Part shown: positions 8,884-18,884 of the stretch, piece by piece
How positions within the stretch are numbered: the first letter of the stretch is position 1
Layout of the letters: each line of letters begins with the position of its first letter
DNA from: a virus
Taxonomy: Duplodnaviria > Caudoviricetes
Length of the DNA: 64,000 nucleotides
Direction: 5' to 3' (one strand)
Virus record (IMG/VR): IMGVR_UViG_2932385599_000003
Span: 19,378 to 83,377 of that record
Notes under the pieces: model-generated
Databases searched by the model: none
Seen by the model: the letters and a program-made list of their open reading frames with translations, nothing else
Told to the model about the DNA's origin: nothing
Made by a program: the position numbers and the translations under genes

Positions 8884-10468
8884 CCTGGCCGTCGACCACG
8901 ACACCGCCACCGAAGCCGACGCCCTCAACCAGCTCACCGCCGCCTACCGGCGCCTCAACCGCACCGACCGCCGCCGCATCGCCCGCAACGCCGGCCCCGA
9001 GCTTCGCGCCGCCCTCGCCGAAGTCGAACGCACCATGGCCCTCCAGCGGTCACCCGGCTCCATGGCCGCGATCCTCACCGACGGCCGGGAGATGCAAGCC
9101 CCCCACCTCGCCCTCATCGACCGCCTCTTCCAGCGCATGGCCCGCGGCGAACGCGTCAAGGCCCTCATCACCATGCCCCCACGACACGGCAAGTCCCGCC
9201 GCGCCGCCCGCTGGGCCCCCCTGTGGTACCTCACCCAGCACCCCGACCACCGCATCATGATCGCCTCCTACGGCGCCGACCTCGCCGAGGAGCACTCCCG
9301 GTGGATCCGCGACGCGATCGCCACCTACGGGCCCCGCATCGGCATCGCCCTCCACGCCGGATCCAAGGCCGCCAACCGCTTCGACCTCGCCGACCCCCGC
9401 ACCGGCGACCGCCTCGAAGGCGGCCTCGTCGCCGCAGGCGTCGGCGGCGGCCTCACCGGCAAAGGCGCCCACCTCGCCATCGTCGACGACCCCATCAAGG
9501 ACGCAGCGGACGCCGAGTCCCCCACCATGCGGCGCCGCCTATGGGAGTGGTGGACCGCCGTCCTCAACACCCGCCTCGAACCCACCGGCTCCATCCTGGT
9601 CATCCAGACCCGATGGCACGAGCAGGACCTCGCCGGGAAGATCCTCGAAGGCCCCGACGCCGACGAATGGATCAGCCTCGACCTCCCCGCCATCTGCGAC
9701 TCCGAAGATGACCCCCTCGGCCGGCCCCTCGGCGCCGCCCTGTGGCCCAAGCGGTACGGCCGCCGCGCCCTCGCCCAGTTCCGGCGCGCCGTCGGCGAAC
9801 GTGTCTGGTGGGCCCTCTACCAGCAGAAACCCCGCCCCCTCGAAAGCGGCGTGTGGCAGTGGCCGTGGATCACCGACCACCGCATCACCGCCGCCCAGCT
9901 CCGCGGCGTCGACCTCACCCGCGTCGTCGTCGCCGTCGACACCGCCGGAGGCGCCGACGACACCAACGACGAGACCGGGCTCACCGCCGCCGGCCGCACC
10001 GCCGACGGCGACCTGTACGTCCTCGCCGACCGCTCCGGCCGCATGGGCGCCGACACCTGGGGCCACGAAACCTGCCGCCTCGCCGTCCAGGTCCAGGCCG
10101 ACGCCATCGTCGTCGAGTCGAACTTCGGCGGCGACATGGCCGCCCAGCTCGTCCGCCAGGCATGGCGCGAGCTCCAGCAGAACGGCGACACCGCGGGCCT
10201 GCTCATGCCGGCCATCGTCGAAGTCCACGCCAAGCAGGGCAAACGCCTACGCGCCGAGCCGATCGCCCAGCTCTACGCGCAGGGCCGCGTCCACCACGTC
10301 GGCGAGTACCCGCGCCTCGAAGGGCAGCTCGTCACGTGGATCCCCGGCATGGACTCCCCGGACCGCATGGACGCCCTCGTGCACGCCCTCACCGAACTCG
10401 CCGACCCGGCCACACAGGCCGTCGGCAGCACCTCGTACGCAGACCGGCGCCTGTCCGGACGGCGATGA
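8873..10468 (+). CDS. terL: Terminase large subunit
   Basis: MPPRHGKS Walker A, IVDDPIKD Walker B, QTRWH, RNase H-like VAVD and SPDRMDA. Confidence 0.95.
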   Translation: MGTDLAVDHDTATEADALNQLTAAYRRLNRTDRRRIARNAGPELRAALAEVERTMALQRSPGSMAAILTDGREMQAPHLALIDRLFQRMARGERVKALITMPPRHGKSRRAARWAPLWYLTQHPDHRIMIASYGADLAEEHSRWIRDAIATYGPRIGIALHAGSKAANRFDLADPRTGDRLEGGLVAAGVGGGLTGKGAHLAIVDDPIKDAADAESPTMRRRLWEWWTAVLNTRLEPTGSILVIQTRWHEQDLAGKILEGPDADEWISLDLPAICDSEDDPLGRPLGAALWPKRYGRRALAQFRRAVGERVWWALYQQKPRPLESGVWQWPWITDHRITAAQLRGVDLTRVVVAVDTAGGADDTNDETGLTAAGRTADGDLYVLADRSGRMGADTWGHETCRLAVQVQADAIVVESNFGGDMAAQLVRQAWRELQQNGDTAGLLMPAIVEVHAKQGKRLRAEPIAQLYAQGRVHHVGEYPRLEGQLVTWIPGMDSPDRMDALVHALTELADPATQAVGSTSYADRRLSGRR

Positions 10469-10673
10469 CCGCACAGAACAGGCCCGAGAAGGGCCCTAGA
10501 CGGCGATCTGACGGAACCGGGGTATCTCCGGCCGAAACTCGCCCAGGATTGGTGGTTAGTAGCGTCGATCTCTGGAGCGGAGAGATTGCAGAACTTCTGC
10601 AGATTCACGGATGGTGAACTCTTACGTCGGATAGCTTGTGGCTAGCACGTCCCAAAAATTGGGTACGTACGAC

Positions 10674-10703
10674 GGAGGGGCACACCTGACGGTGCACCCC
10701 TCC
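10674..10703. terminator. Hairpin 3' of the hidden peptide gene
   Basis: GGAGGGG...CAC-loop-GTG...CCCCTCC. Confidence 0.6.
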
Positions 10704-10730
10704 ACCTGTGATGGACCCCGGGCGGGGTCC

Positions 10731-10850
10731 TCAGCCGTGCCTGAGCAGCTCGAGGGCCAATCGAGCAGCGTTGATCACGCACGAGCATGCAGCGAGGACC
10801 CCGCTCGGGAGCCTGCGCCACCACGGCGGCTTCTTACCGGCCTCTCCCAC
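10731..10850 (-). CDS. 39-aa peptide, putative type I toxin (MGEAGKKPPWWRRLPSGVLAACSCVINAARLALELLRHG)
   Basis: AAGGAGGT RBS before GTG; RBS pairs with an upstream anti-SD; hydrophobic helix; below the ORF-track size cut-off. Confidence 0.65.
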   Translation of the reverse strand: MGEAGKKPPWWRRLPSGVLAACSCVINAARLALELLRHG

Positions 10851-11077
10851 AACAACCTCCTTGGTCCAATCCTTCAGTGAGCGCTGGACCGGAGGTTCGT
10901 CGAGGTGTGACGGTACGTCACCGCTCTCAGGGCTGAGCGTATTCGCCGCACTCTGTCCCTGTCCCGGAAACGGGGGACTTCACGCAACCTCACGAGATGT
11001 CTTTGGCATATGCGTGCAGCATGCGAGTCTCGGCCTGCGGGGCAACCCGAACGCCGCTCGCCCCGTACCCTGAAGAC

Positions 11078-11092
11078 CAGGCGCGGGGCCTG
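11078..11092 (+). promoter_or_regulatory. Late-gene leader motif, copy 2
   Basis: CAGGCGCGGGGCCTG upstream of portal. Confidence 0.7.
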
Positions 11093-11109
11093 TGTGCGGA
11101 GGGAACTTC

Positions 11110-13038
11110 GTGGGCCTCATCAGCGGCGCCCGGAACCTGGTCATCGACGCCTGGTCCTGGCTCAACTACAAGCCCGTCTTCAACGACACCCGCGGCATGC
11201 CCTACCGCCGCGCCTTCCCCGAAGCGACCGCCACCTGGGTCCCCGCCGACGACGAGCGGCGCCTGGCCGCCTACAAGCTCCTCGCCGCGTACGACAACAA
11301 CCAGGCCGGCGAGCTCGCCGCCCTCCGCGACGGCGACACGGCCCGCGAACGCCGCGAGTTCGGCGACCCGTCCATGTTCGTCGACACCCTCACCGCGCAC
11401 GTCATGGGCCGCGAGCAGCACATCGTCGTCCCCGGCGCCGAGCACGCCCCCACTCCCACCCGGCCGGACGACGGCAACGACCCCGTCGCCGCGGCCGCCG
11501 CCCGCGTGCAAGCCCTGCTGCGCGAGTGGGCCGAGGCCGAGCTGCTCCCCATGCGGATGCTGCAGACCGAACGCACCACCGTCCTCCTCGGCGACGGCGT
11601 CTACCTGCTGTACTGGGACCCGGCCAAGGGCCGCGCCCGCATCAAGACGTTCGACCCCGGCTTCTACTTCCCCTACCTGTCCGAGGACGACGACGGCGCC
11701 GACTACCCCGACCGCGTCCACCTCGCCTGGGAACTCCCCGAGGACCGCCGCCGCGGACTCCCCGCCCGGCTGCGCCGCATCACCTACGAGCTCGACTGGA
11801 TCCGGCCCGCCACCGCGTCCGGCATGGACCCCTCCGGCCGGCCCGTACGCGCCCCCGTCATGTCCGACCCCGACCCGGACAGCGACACCCCGCCCACCCC
11901 CGTCCTCAGGCCCGGCGACCGCGCCGACCAGGACACCGGCGCGATCAGCCGCCTCTACCCGTGGAACGCCGAGCCCGCCTACCGCACCTGCTACCTCACC
12001 GACGCCACCTGGGACCTCTCCGACCTCAAGGGGCCCCTGGACGTCGATGCCCTCCCCATGGACAAGGCCCAGTACGCGACCGGCCCCGACGGGGAAGTCC
12101 TCGACCGCCTCGACCTGTACCTGGACTTCGTGCCGATCGTCCACGTCCCGAACACCGTCCCCCCGGCCGGCGAGCACTGGGGACAGTCGTCCCTGGCCAA
12201 GGCCCTGCAGGTGTTCGACGAGCTGGCCGGCACCGACACCGACAGCAGCAAGGCGTCCGCGACGACCGGCTCCCCGATCGTCGCCCTGTCCGGCAAGACC
12301 ACCGGCCGCACGCACATGGAGGTCGGGCCCGGCGTGCTGTTCGAGCTCGGCGAGGGCGGCCGCATGGACACCGTCAACACCGCCCCCCAGCTCGCCGAGC
12401 TCCGCAACCACCGGCACGACCTCGCCGACCTCGCCGCGAGCGTCGTACGCCTCCCCGCCGTGTCCCTGGGCACCATGGACCCCTCCCAGGTCCCCTCCGG
12501 GTACGCCCTGGAGCTGTCCCTCGGCCCCCTCGACTCCCTCATCGCCGGCATGCGCCTGGCCCGCGCCCACAAGTACGCGCTGCTGCTGAAGTTCGTGCAG
12601 CGCATCCACCTCGCCGGGCAGCACCCCGACTGGGTGGGCGTCACCCCGCTCCCGGCCCGGCTGGAGTTCGGCCCGTACACGCCGACCGACCAGGCCGCCG
12701 TCCTCGGCCAGGTCGCCACCGCCTACGAGAAGCGCCTGATCTCCCTGGAGACCGCCGTACGCATGCTCACCTCCGCGGGCTGGCCCATCGACGACGCAGA
12801 GACGGAGATCGAGCTGATCGAGTCCCGCATGTTCGAGCAGGCCCGGTACCTCGCCGACGCGCTCGGCAACCCCGACGAGGTCGCCGCGTTCCTCCACCGC
12901 GAGCCGCCCACCCAACCAGTGCCGCCCGCCGTGCAGCTCCCTGGCGTCCCCGGCACGGGCGCCGCACTCCCGCCGGCCGACGACGAGAAGACCACTGACG
13001 AGACCGGCGGCGCGCAGGGGAGCGGGGGAACACGATGA
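11110..13038 (+). CDS. Portal protein
   Basis: Follows terL; LLGDGVY motif, SGYALELSLGPL, LISLETAVRML; GGAGG RBS. Confidence 0.8.
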   Translation: MGLISGARNLVIDAWSWLNYKPVFNDTRGMPYRRAFPEATATWVPADDERRLAAYKLLAAYDNNQAGELAALRDGDTARERREFGDPSMFVDTLTAHVMGREQHIVVPGAEHAPTPTRPDDGNDPVAAAAARVQALLREWAEAELLPMRMLQTERTTVLLGDGVYLLYWDPAKGRARIKTFDPGFYFPYLSEDDDGADYPDRVHLAWELPEDRRRGLPARLRRITYELDWIRPATASGMDPSGRPVRAPVMSDPDPDSDTPPTPVLRPGDRADQDTGAISRLYPWNAEPAYRTCYLTDATWDLSDLKGPLDVDALPMDKAQYATGPDGEVLDRLDLYLDFVPIVHVPNTVPPAGEHWGQSSLAKALQVFDELAGTDTDSSKASATTGSPIVALSGKTTGRTHMEVGPGVLFELGEGGRMDTVNTAPQLAELRNHRHDLADLAASVVRLPAVSLGTMDPSQVPSGYALELSLGPLDSLIAGMRLARAHKYALLLKFVQRIHLAGQHPDWVGVTPLPARLEFGPYTPTDQAAVLGQVATAYEKRLISLETAVRMLTSAGWPIDDAETEIELIESRMFEQARYLADALGNPDEVAAFLHREPPTQPVPPAVQLPGVPGTGAALPPADDEKTTDETGGAQGSGGTR

Positions 13039-13062
13039 CCGATCATGTGCTCTCCTTGATGC

Positions 13063-13077
13063 CAGGCGCGGGGCCTG
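13063..13077 (+). promoter_or_regulatory. Late-gene leader motif, copy 3
   Basis: CAGGCGCGGGGCCTG upstream of scaffold. Confidence 0.7.
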
Positions 13078-13103
13078 GAACCTCTCTGGGAGGACGTGCC
13101 CCC

Positions 13104-13850
13104 ATGCGCCGCCCCGCGCACCACCGCCCCACCGCCTGGGCCCACCCCTACACCGGGGTCGCCGGGCTCGCCGTCTTCTACAACTCCGGCGGCGACCCGG
13201 AGCCGCAGCCCACCCCCGCTCCCGCCCCGAAGCCCACACCGCCCCCCGCCGCCCCGGCGCCGGCACGCGAGTTCACGCAGGAAGACCTCGACCGGATCGC
13301 CGCCCGGGAGAAGGCCCAGGGCAAGCGGTCCGCGCTGAAGGAGTTCGCCGAGGAGCAGGGCTTCTCCTCCGCCGAGGACGCCGCCGCGTTCATCGCCGCC
13401 GCCCGCCAGGCCCAGCAGGCCGCCCTGTCCGAGGAGGACAAGCGCCGCCAGGAACTCGACCGGCGCGAGCAGGAACTCGCCGCGAAGGAAGCCGCCGCCG
13501 TCGCCCGGGAGCGGGCCGCGGTCCGCCGCGCCGCGCTGATGAAGCTCGGCGCGCTCGGCGACGACCTCGAAGACGCCCTCGCCCTCCTCGACCGCGACCT
13601 CCACGACCAGCCGGACGCCGACGAGGCCACCGTCACCACCGCCGCCGAGGCCATCAAGGCCCGCCGCGCCGCCCTCTTCGGCGCCGACCCGGCCGCCACC
13701 AGGACCCCCGCCCCCGTGCTGCCGCCCGCGCCCGCCGGAGCCCCCGCCGGCGGCCCGCCGCGCACCCCCGCCGTGAAGGACGACATCAAGGCCCGCGCGC
13801 TGGAGCGCGCCCGCAAGATGGGCTACGCCAAGCCCGACGCCGCCGCCTGA
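13104..13850 (+). CDS. Capsid scaffolding protein
   Basis: FTQEDLDRI motif, coiled coil, precedes head genes. Confidence 0.75.
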   Translation: MRRPAHHRPTAWAHPYTGVAGLAVFYNSGGDPEPQPTPAPAPKPTPPPAAPAPAREFTQEDLDRIAAREKAQGKRSALKEFAEEQGFSSAEDAAAFIAAARQAQQAALSEEDKRRQELDRREQELAAKEAAAVARERAAVRRAALMKLGALGDDLEDALALLDRDLHDQPDADEATVTTAAEAIKARRAALFGADPAATRTPAPVLPPAPAGAPAGGPPRTPAVKDDIKARALERARKMGYAKPDAAA

Positions 13851-13959
13851 CCGGCCCGCCAGACCGAGGGACCACGCCCTCCCGCACTCCTCCCGTGGAC
13901 GACACCACAGGTGTCCGCACCCCCTCTGAACACCCCCGCTCCATGGGAGGAGACTCGGC

Positions 13960-14376
13960 GTGGACATCCAGCCGATCACCACACAGGAGACCGTGACCGC
14001 CAGCCGCCCCTGGCTGCTGTCCCTCTACGGCTCCGAGACCAACAAGACCATCACCCTCGACCTGGCCCAGTTCACCGCCGACACCCACTACACCGCGGCG
14101 GCAAACGGCCTGCCCAACCGGATCTTCTCCGGCCTGCCCCTCGGCAAGGTCACCGCGTCCGGGCTGTACGCCCCCTACGACTCCGCCGCGGCCGACGGCA
14201 CCGAGGTGTTCGCCGGGCTCCTCGACACCGAGACCGCGTTCAACACCGGCTCCACCAAGTGCGGCGCCGCGCTGCGCATCGTCGGCGACGTCGACGTGTC
14301 CAAGCTCCCGGTCGACTTCACCCCGCCCGCCGCTGCGAACCGCAGCGACTCCATCCACTTCTCCGACCTGTCCTGA
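13960..14376 (+). CDS. Head decoration protein
   Basis: SGLPLGKVTASGLYAPYD...DG motif, immediately before the capsid gene. Confidence 0.8.
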   Translation: MDIQPITTQETVTASRPWLLSLYGSETNKTITLDLAQFTADTHYTAAANGLPNRIFSGLPLGKVTASGLYAPYDSAAADGTEVFAGLLDTETAFNTGSTKCGAALRIVGDVDVSKLPVDFTPPAAANRSDSIHFSDLS

Positions 14377-14392
14377 CAAGGGGTGACGACCG

Positions 14393-15442
14393 ATGCTTGA
14401 GGCCCTGCTCAGGGACATCACACCGACCGAGATCATCGCGTTCGCGCGGGCCGTGCAGACCCCGGCCGACTACGCGCTCACGCAGTCGGTCATGCCGGAA
14501 CGCCAGATCAACGGCGTGAAGTACAAGACGCGCCGCACCAGCCGCCGCGTCAACGCCGCGAAGTACCGCGCCTACGACGCGCAGACCCCCGTCGCGTCCC
14601 GCGAGGTCAAGCGGATCGAGACCGAGGGCATGCTGCCCCCGCTCGGCCAGAAGTACCTCGTCGGCGAGCTGGAGACCATCCTCCTGGCCGCCCGCCGCGG
14701 CCAGGACGGCTCCGAGCTGGTGGAGTCCCTGTACGAGGACACCGCCGCCCACACCCTGTCCATCCGCTCCCGCCTGGAGCTCGCCGTCGGCGACCTCCTC
14801 ACCGACGGCAAGTTCACCCTCTCCGGGGAGAACGGCCTGACCGTCGAGTACGACGCCGGCGTGCCCTCGGCGAACATGCCCACGGCCGCGACCGCGTGGA
14901 CCGACCCGACCGCCGACGCCATCGCCGACGAACTGGCCTGGCTGGAGACGCTCCGGGCGTCCGGCGCGCCGATGCCGGAGCGGGTCATCACCAGCTACAA
15001 GGCCCGCGCCCTCCTCGCCGGGAACGACGCCTACCGCGCCGCCTACTACGGCAGCGTGAACCCGTCCAACACCCCCACCGCGACCCTCGCCCCCAACGAG
15101 GTCGACACCGTCCGGGCCCGCTACAACCTCCCCCCGATCGAGATCTACGACGTGCAGATCCCGAAGGACGACGGCACCATGGCCCGCCCCCTGCCCGAGG
15201 ACCGGTGGGTGATGATCCCCCCGAACCGGGCGCAGTGGGGGGAGACGCAGTACGGCATCACCGCCGAGTCCATCGCCCTCACGACCGGCGACAACCCGGC
15301 CATCGAGCTGGAGGAGGCGCCCGGCATCATCGTCACCCACGGCTGGCAGGACGACCCCGTCCAGGTGTGGACGAAGGCCGCCGCCGTCGCGATGCCGGTG
15401 CTGTACGTGCCGGACATCCACATCACCGCGAAGGTGTTCTGA
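14393..15442 (+). CDS. Major capsid protein (lambda gpE-like family)
   Basis: 349 aa, position, WTDPTADAIADE and C-terminal AVAMPVL motifs. Confidence 0.85.
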   Translation: MLEALLRDITPTEIIAFARAVQTPADYALTQSVMPERQINGVKYKTRRTSRRVNAAKYRAYDAQTPVASREVKRIETEGMLPPLGQKYLVGELETILLAARRGQDGSELVESLYEDTAAHTLSIRSRLELAVGDLLTDGKFTLSGENGLTVEYDAGVPSANMPTAATAWTDPTADAIADELAWLETLRASGAPMPERVITSYKARALLAGNDAYRAAYYGSVNPSNTPTATLAPNEVDTVRARYNLPPIEIYDVQIPKDDGTMARPLPEDRWVMIPPNRAQWGETQYGITAESIALTTGDNPAIELEEAPGIIVTHGWQDDPVQVWTKAAAVAMPVLYVPDIHITAKVF

Positions 15443-15444
15443 CC

Positions 15445-15717
15445 ATGGCCCGCCTCGTCACCGACGTCCACGTCAAGGACCCGCACACGCGCCTCATGGT
15501 GCACCTGCAGGCCGGTGAGGAACCCGCGCCCGAGTACGCGGCCCTGGTCAAGAACCCCGACGCCTGGGAAGGCGGCAAGCCCCCCACCGCCGCGCAGGAC
15601 GCGCCCGACCCTGACGAGGGCCAGGACGCGGACACCAAGCAGGCCGCCAAGAAGACGGCGGCCAAGAAGCCGGCTCGGGGCCGGACGACCGCCGGCGAGG
15701 GCACCGGCGGTCAGTAG
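15445..15717 (+). CDS. Small virion-associated protein
   Basis: Follows the capsid gene; basic/Ala-rich tail. Confidence 0.6.
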   Translation: MARLVTDVHVKDPHTRLMVHLQAGEEPAPEYAALVKNPDAWEGGKPPTAAQDAPDPDEGQDADTKQAAKKTAAKKPARGRTTAGEGTGGQ

Positions 15718-15719
15718 AA

Positions 15720-15769
15720 AGGGTGCGGGCCCGCCCCGGTGGGGGCGCCCACGGCGGGCCCGCACCCCT
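15720..15769 (+). terminator. Long hairpin after the capsid block
   Basis: GGGTGCGGGCCCGCC...GGCGGGCCCGCACCC. Confidence 0.6.
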
Positions 15770-15815
15770 GCACACTCCCTTCCCGCCCTTGTCCGCAGCA
15801 CCCCCAAGGAGCCCG

Positions 15816-16157
15816 ATGAACACCGCCGTACGGGCATGGCTCATCGGCCAGCTCGGCCCCAACAGCGACCCCGCGGACCTCGACGCCCGCTACACCCGTC
15901 TCGGCACCGCCCGCGCCGTCGCCCTCGAAGTGCTCTCCGAACGGCACGCCGCGCTTCTCGCCCAGCCGGCCACCGTGAACGTGTCCGCCGTCGTGTCCAT
16001 CTCCACCGCCGAGAACATCAAGGCCCTGGAGCGGAAGATCACCGAACTGCGGGCCGGGATCCCCCTCGCCCCCGACGAGGACGACCCCGACGGCGACGGC
16101 ACCGCCCTCAACAGCGGCCCGCGCATCGTGCAGCTCACCGCCCGGCCCCGCCGATGA
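15816..16157 (+). CDS. Putative head-tail adaptor
   Basis: AAGGAG RBS, size and position. Confidence 0.55.
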   Translation: MNTAVRAWLIGQLGPNSDPADLDARYTRLGTARAVALEVLSERHAALLAQPATVNVSAVVSISTAENIKALERKITELRAGIPLAPDEDDPDGDGTALNSGPRIVQLTARPRR

Positions 16158-16975
16158 CCACCCCCGTACAACCGCGGCGGCGCACCCTGCGGGCCCGGCT
16201 CCTGGCGTTCATCACCGACGCCACCAGCCGGCTCACTGCGATCTGGCGGCTCCTCACCGGCGCCCAGACCACCCTGCTGCGCGCGCTCGCCGCGATCCGG
16301 CCCGGCCGCAACGCCGCCGCCCGCATCCGCGCCGCCGAGCAGACCTTCCGCCGCGCCCTCGCCCAGTACGCCCGCGACACGACCGCGTTCATCGAACGCT
16401 GGGCCGCCGTCGACCTGCCCCTCGCCTACCGCGAAGGCGCCCTCACCACCCTCGGCTACGCCCGCCGCCTCACCCGCCCATGGGCCTGGACCACTCGCCA
16501 CCAGGGCGCCATCACCACCCTGTCCGCCCAGTTCTACGCCGACCTCACCGCCCGCCTCACCGAGACCGTCCGCCGCGCCGAAGCGTTCCTGCGCGCCGCG
16601 CTCACCGCGGCCCGCGCCCGCCTCACCCACGCGACCGGCACCGTGTTCAGCCCGGCCCGGCTCCGCCGCGACCACCCCCTGGACACCGTCATCTACGCCG
16701 GCCAGCACCGCCACCCCGTCGCATCCTGGGCCCGCGCCGCGCTCGCCTGGCAGGCCGTCACCACCGCCAACACCGGCAGCATCCTCACCGCCGCCGAGCA
16801 GCTCGCCTGCACCCACGTCGAAGTCCGCGACGGCGCCGACTGCGGCTGGACCTCCCACCAGGACCCCGACAAGGCCCACGACACCCTGCGCACCATCACC
16901 GACGCCCTCGCCCACCCCCTCGCGCACCCGAACTGCGTCCGCGAGATCCGCCCCCACCTCACCAGGAGTTCGTGA
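16154..16975 (+). CDS. Minor capsid/head morphogenesis-like protein
   Basis: C-terminal DC...HPNCVR motif typical of MuF/minor capsid proteins. Confidence 0.6.
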   Translation: MTTPVQPRRRTLRARLLAFITDATSRLTAIWRLLTGAQTTLLRALAAIRPGRNAAARIRAAEQTFRRALAQYARDTTAFIERWAAVDLPLAYREGALTTLGYARRLTRPWAWTTRHQGAITTLSAQFYADLTARLTETVRRAEAFLRAALTAARARLTHATGTVFSPARLRRDHPLDTVIYAGQHRHPVASWARAALAWQAVTTANTGSILTAAEQLACTHVEVRDGADCGWTSHQDPDKAHDTLRTITDALAHPLAHPNCVREIRPHLTRSS

Positions 16976-17223
16976 TGCGCCTGACTGTCTCCTGCGGCGC
17001 CCGCCGCGTCGACCTGCGCATCGCCGGGGACGACGCCCGCACCCTGAAGGCGGCCAAGCGCGCAGCCCTGTCCCTGCTCGCCGCCCTTCCCGAGCCGGAC
17101 ACCGACCCGGCCGAGGACCGCGAGGCTGAGCCGTTCGGGTTCGTCGCGCTGTCCTCCGACACCGAGATCGCCGCCGACCAGACCCAGCTCGACGACGAAG
17201 ACGAAGAGGAGTGCCGCGCATGA
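16975..17223 (+). CDS. Hypothetical protein
   Basis: AGGAG RBS, coupled to neighbours. Confidence 0.55.
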   Translation: MRLTVSCGARRVDLRIAGDDARTLKAAKRAALSLLAALPEPDTDPAEDREAEPFGFVALSSDTEIAADQTQLDDEDEEECRA

Positions 17224-17600
17224 CCGGCCACCTCGGCATGGACGCCGCCCCCCGCCCGGTCACCATCACCACCGACGGCCCCACCGCCCACGTCACCGTC
17301 GACGGCCACGACCTGTCCCGGCAGGTCCGCGCCTACACCGTCCAGCACGAAGCCGGCCAGCACCCGCAGCTCCTCCTCTACGCCAAGCCCGGCGCCGACA
17401 TCGCCCTGGACGGGCTGGCGTATGTCGCGGTCGCCGCCGAAGACCCCGCCCCCGCCGTCATCGACTTCCTCCGCGGCATCGACCCGGCCGCCCTGGAGCA
17501 GGCCGCCCTCGAACGCGACGACCTCGACGACACCCGCAACGCCCTCACCCGCGCGATGCTCACCCAGCTCATCGAATGGGCTACCGGAGGCCCGCAATGA
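17220..17600 (+). CDS. Hypothetical protein
   Basis: ATGA overlap, typical codon use. Confidence 0.6.
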   Translation: MTGHLGMDAAPRPVTITTDGPTAHVTVDGHDLSRQVRAYTVQHEAGQHPQLLLYAKPGADIALDGLAYVAVAAEDPAPAVIDFLRGIDPAALEQAALERDDLDDTRNALTRAMLTQLIEWATGGPQ

Positions 17601-18034
17601 CCGGCCTGGACGACGCGCTGGCAGGCGTCACCACGTGGATCAACACCACCCTCCTCGTCGACACCGTCCGCATCACCCGCCCCGGCAGCGGAGAGCCCGT
17701 CCTCGACGAGGACACCGGCCAACTCACCTACCCCACCGGCACCCTCCTCTATGAAGGCGCCGGTGCGGTCCTGCCCGTCAACACCCAGCCGACCATCGTC
17801 ATCCCGGACGCCCAGCTCCCGTGGCCCGACGAGACCCGCTCCAGCTACCGGCTGCTGACCCCGCTCGACGCACCCGTCCCACCCAAGGACGCCCTCGTCA
17901 CGGTCACCGCCGCGCACTCCCCGGCCAGCGCCGCCCTCGTCGGCCGCGCATGGCGCTGCCTGGACCCCGGCCTCGCCGGAACCGTTGCCGTCGTCCGCGT
18001 CACCCTCCTCGACCAGATCCGGGAGGACGGATGA
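17597..18034 (+). CDS. Head-closure/stopper protein (DUF6093-like)
   Basis: DTVRITRPG...D.DTG...LYEG pattern and position. Confidence 0.65.
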   Translation: MTGLDDALAGVTTWINTTLLVDTVRITRPGSGEPVLDEDTGQLTYPTGTLLYEGAGAVLPVNTQPTIVIPDAQLPWPDETRSSYRLLTPLDAPVPPKDALVTVTAAHSPASAALVGRAWRCLDPGLAGTVAVVRVTLLDQIREDG

Positions 18035-18420
18035 CCCCCGACGACCTCGCCGACCGGCTCGACCAGGCCGCCGACCGCATCGGCCCGACCGTCGAGCGCC
18101 GCATCCGACATGTCGGCACCCTCGGTATCGCCAGCATCCGCGCCAACGCCTCCGGCCGGCCCGGCCCCAACGTCATCACCGGCGCCTACCGCGCCTCCTG
18201 GCAGTCGACCACCCGCCGCATCCCGTACGGCGCCCAGTGCACCCTCGGCAGCGACGCCCCCCAAGCCCGCCGCCTGGAGTTCGGGTTCTTCGACATGACC
18301 GACTCCCTCGGCCGGCACTACATGCAGCCGCCCTTCCCCCACGTGCAGCCCGCGCTCCCACGACTCGGCGCCACCCTGCGCACGCAGATCCGCCACGCGG
18401 TCGAGGAGGTCTTCGCGTGA
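18031..18420 (+). CDS. HK97 gp10-like neck/tail completion protein
   Basis: TGAYRASW...RLEFG...QPPFPHVQPA. Confidence 0.75.
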   Translation: MTPDDLADRLDQAADRIGPTVERRIRHVGTLGIASIRANASGRPGPNVITGAYRASWQSTTRRIPYGAQCTLGSDAPQARRLEFGFFDMTDSLGRHYMQPPFPHVQPALPRLGATLRTQIRHAVEEVFA

Positions 18421-18884
18421 TCGCCCGCCGCCCCGTGTCCCTCGCCGTCCAAGCCCTCCTCGCCACCGCCACAGGGCTCCCCGTAGGCCGCGGCCGCATC
18501 CCCGCCGGACCCACCGCAGGCAGTCAGGCCGCCCCGCCGTACTACCTGCTCTACCTGCTCGGCACCACACTCCACGGCCCCCCGCTCGCCGACGAGAACC
18601 CCGACGCCACCTTCGTCTACCAGGTCACCTCCGTCAGCGGGCCCAAGCCGGGCGTCACCGGCTCCGCAGGCAGCATCGACCAGGCGGAGTGGATGGCGGA
18701 CAAGGCCCGCGAGGCGCTGCTGGCCCGCGACCCGGCCACCGGCCTGTGGCTGCGCCCCCTCACCGTGCCGGGCGTGAAGAACACCGGCCGCGGCCTCGAC
18801 ACCGAACCAGGGGAATCATCCGCGCCGGACGATGCCATCATCACCTACGTACAGCGGTACAGGTTCGACCTGACCCCCGCCTGA
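18417..18884 (+). CDS. Tail terminator-like protein
   Basis: Directly before the major tail gene; PPYYLLY, YQVTSV. Confidence 0.6.
   Translation: MIARRPVSLAVQALLATATGLPVGRGRIPAGPTAGSQAAPPYYLLYLLGTTLHGPPLADENPDATFVYQVTSVSGPKPGVTGSAGSIDQAEWMADKAREALLARDPATGLWLRPLTVPGVKNTGRGLDTEPGESSAPDDAIITYVQRYRFDLTPA

Noticed and set aside
10638-11073. Plus-strand ORFs of 80 and 121 aa in the terL-portal gap
   Set aside because: No RBS and atypical codon use; the minus-strand 39-aa ORF has much better signals.
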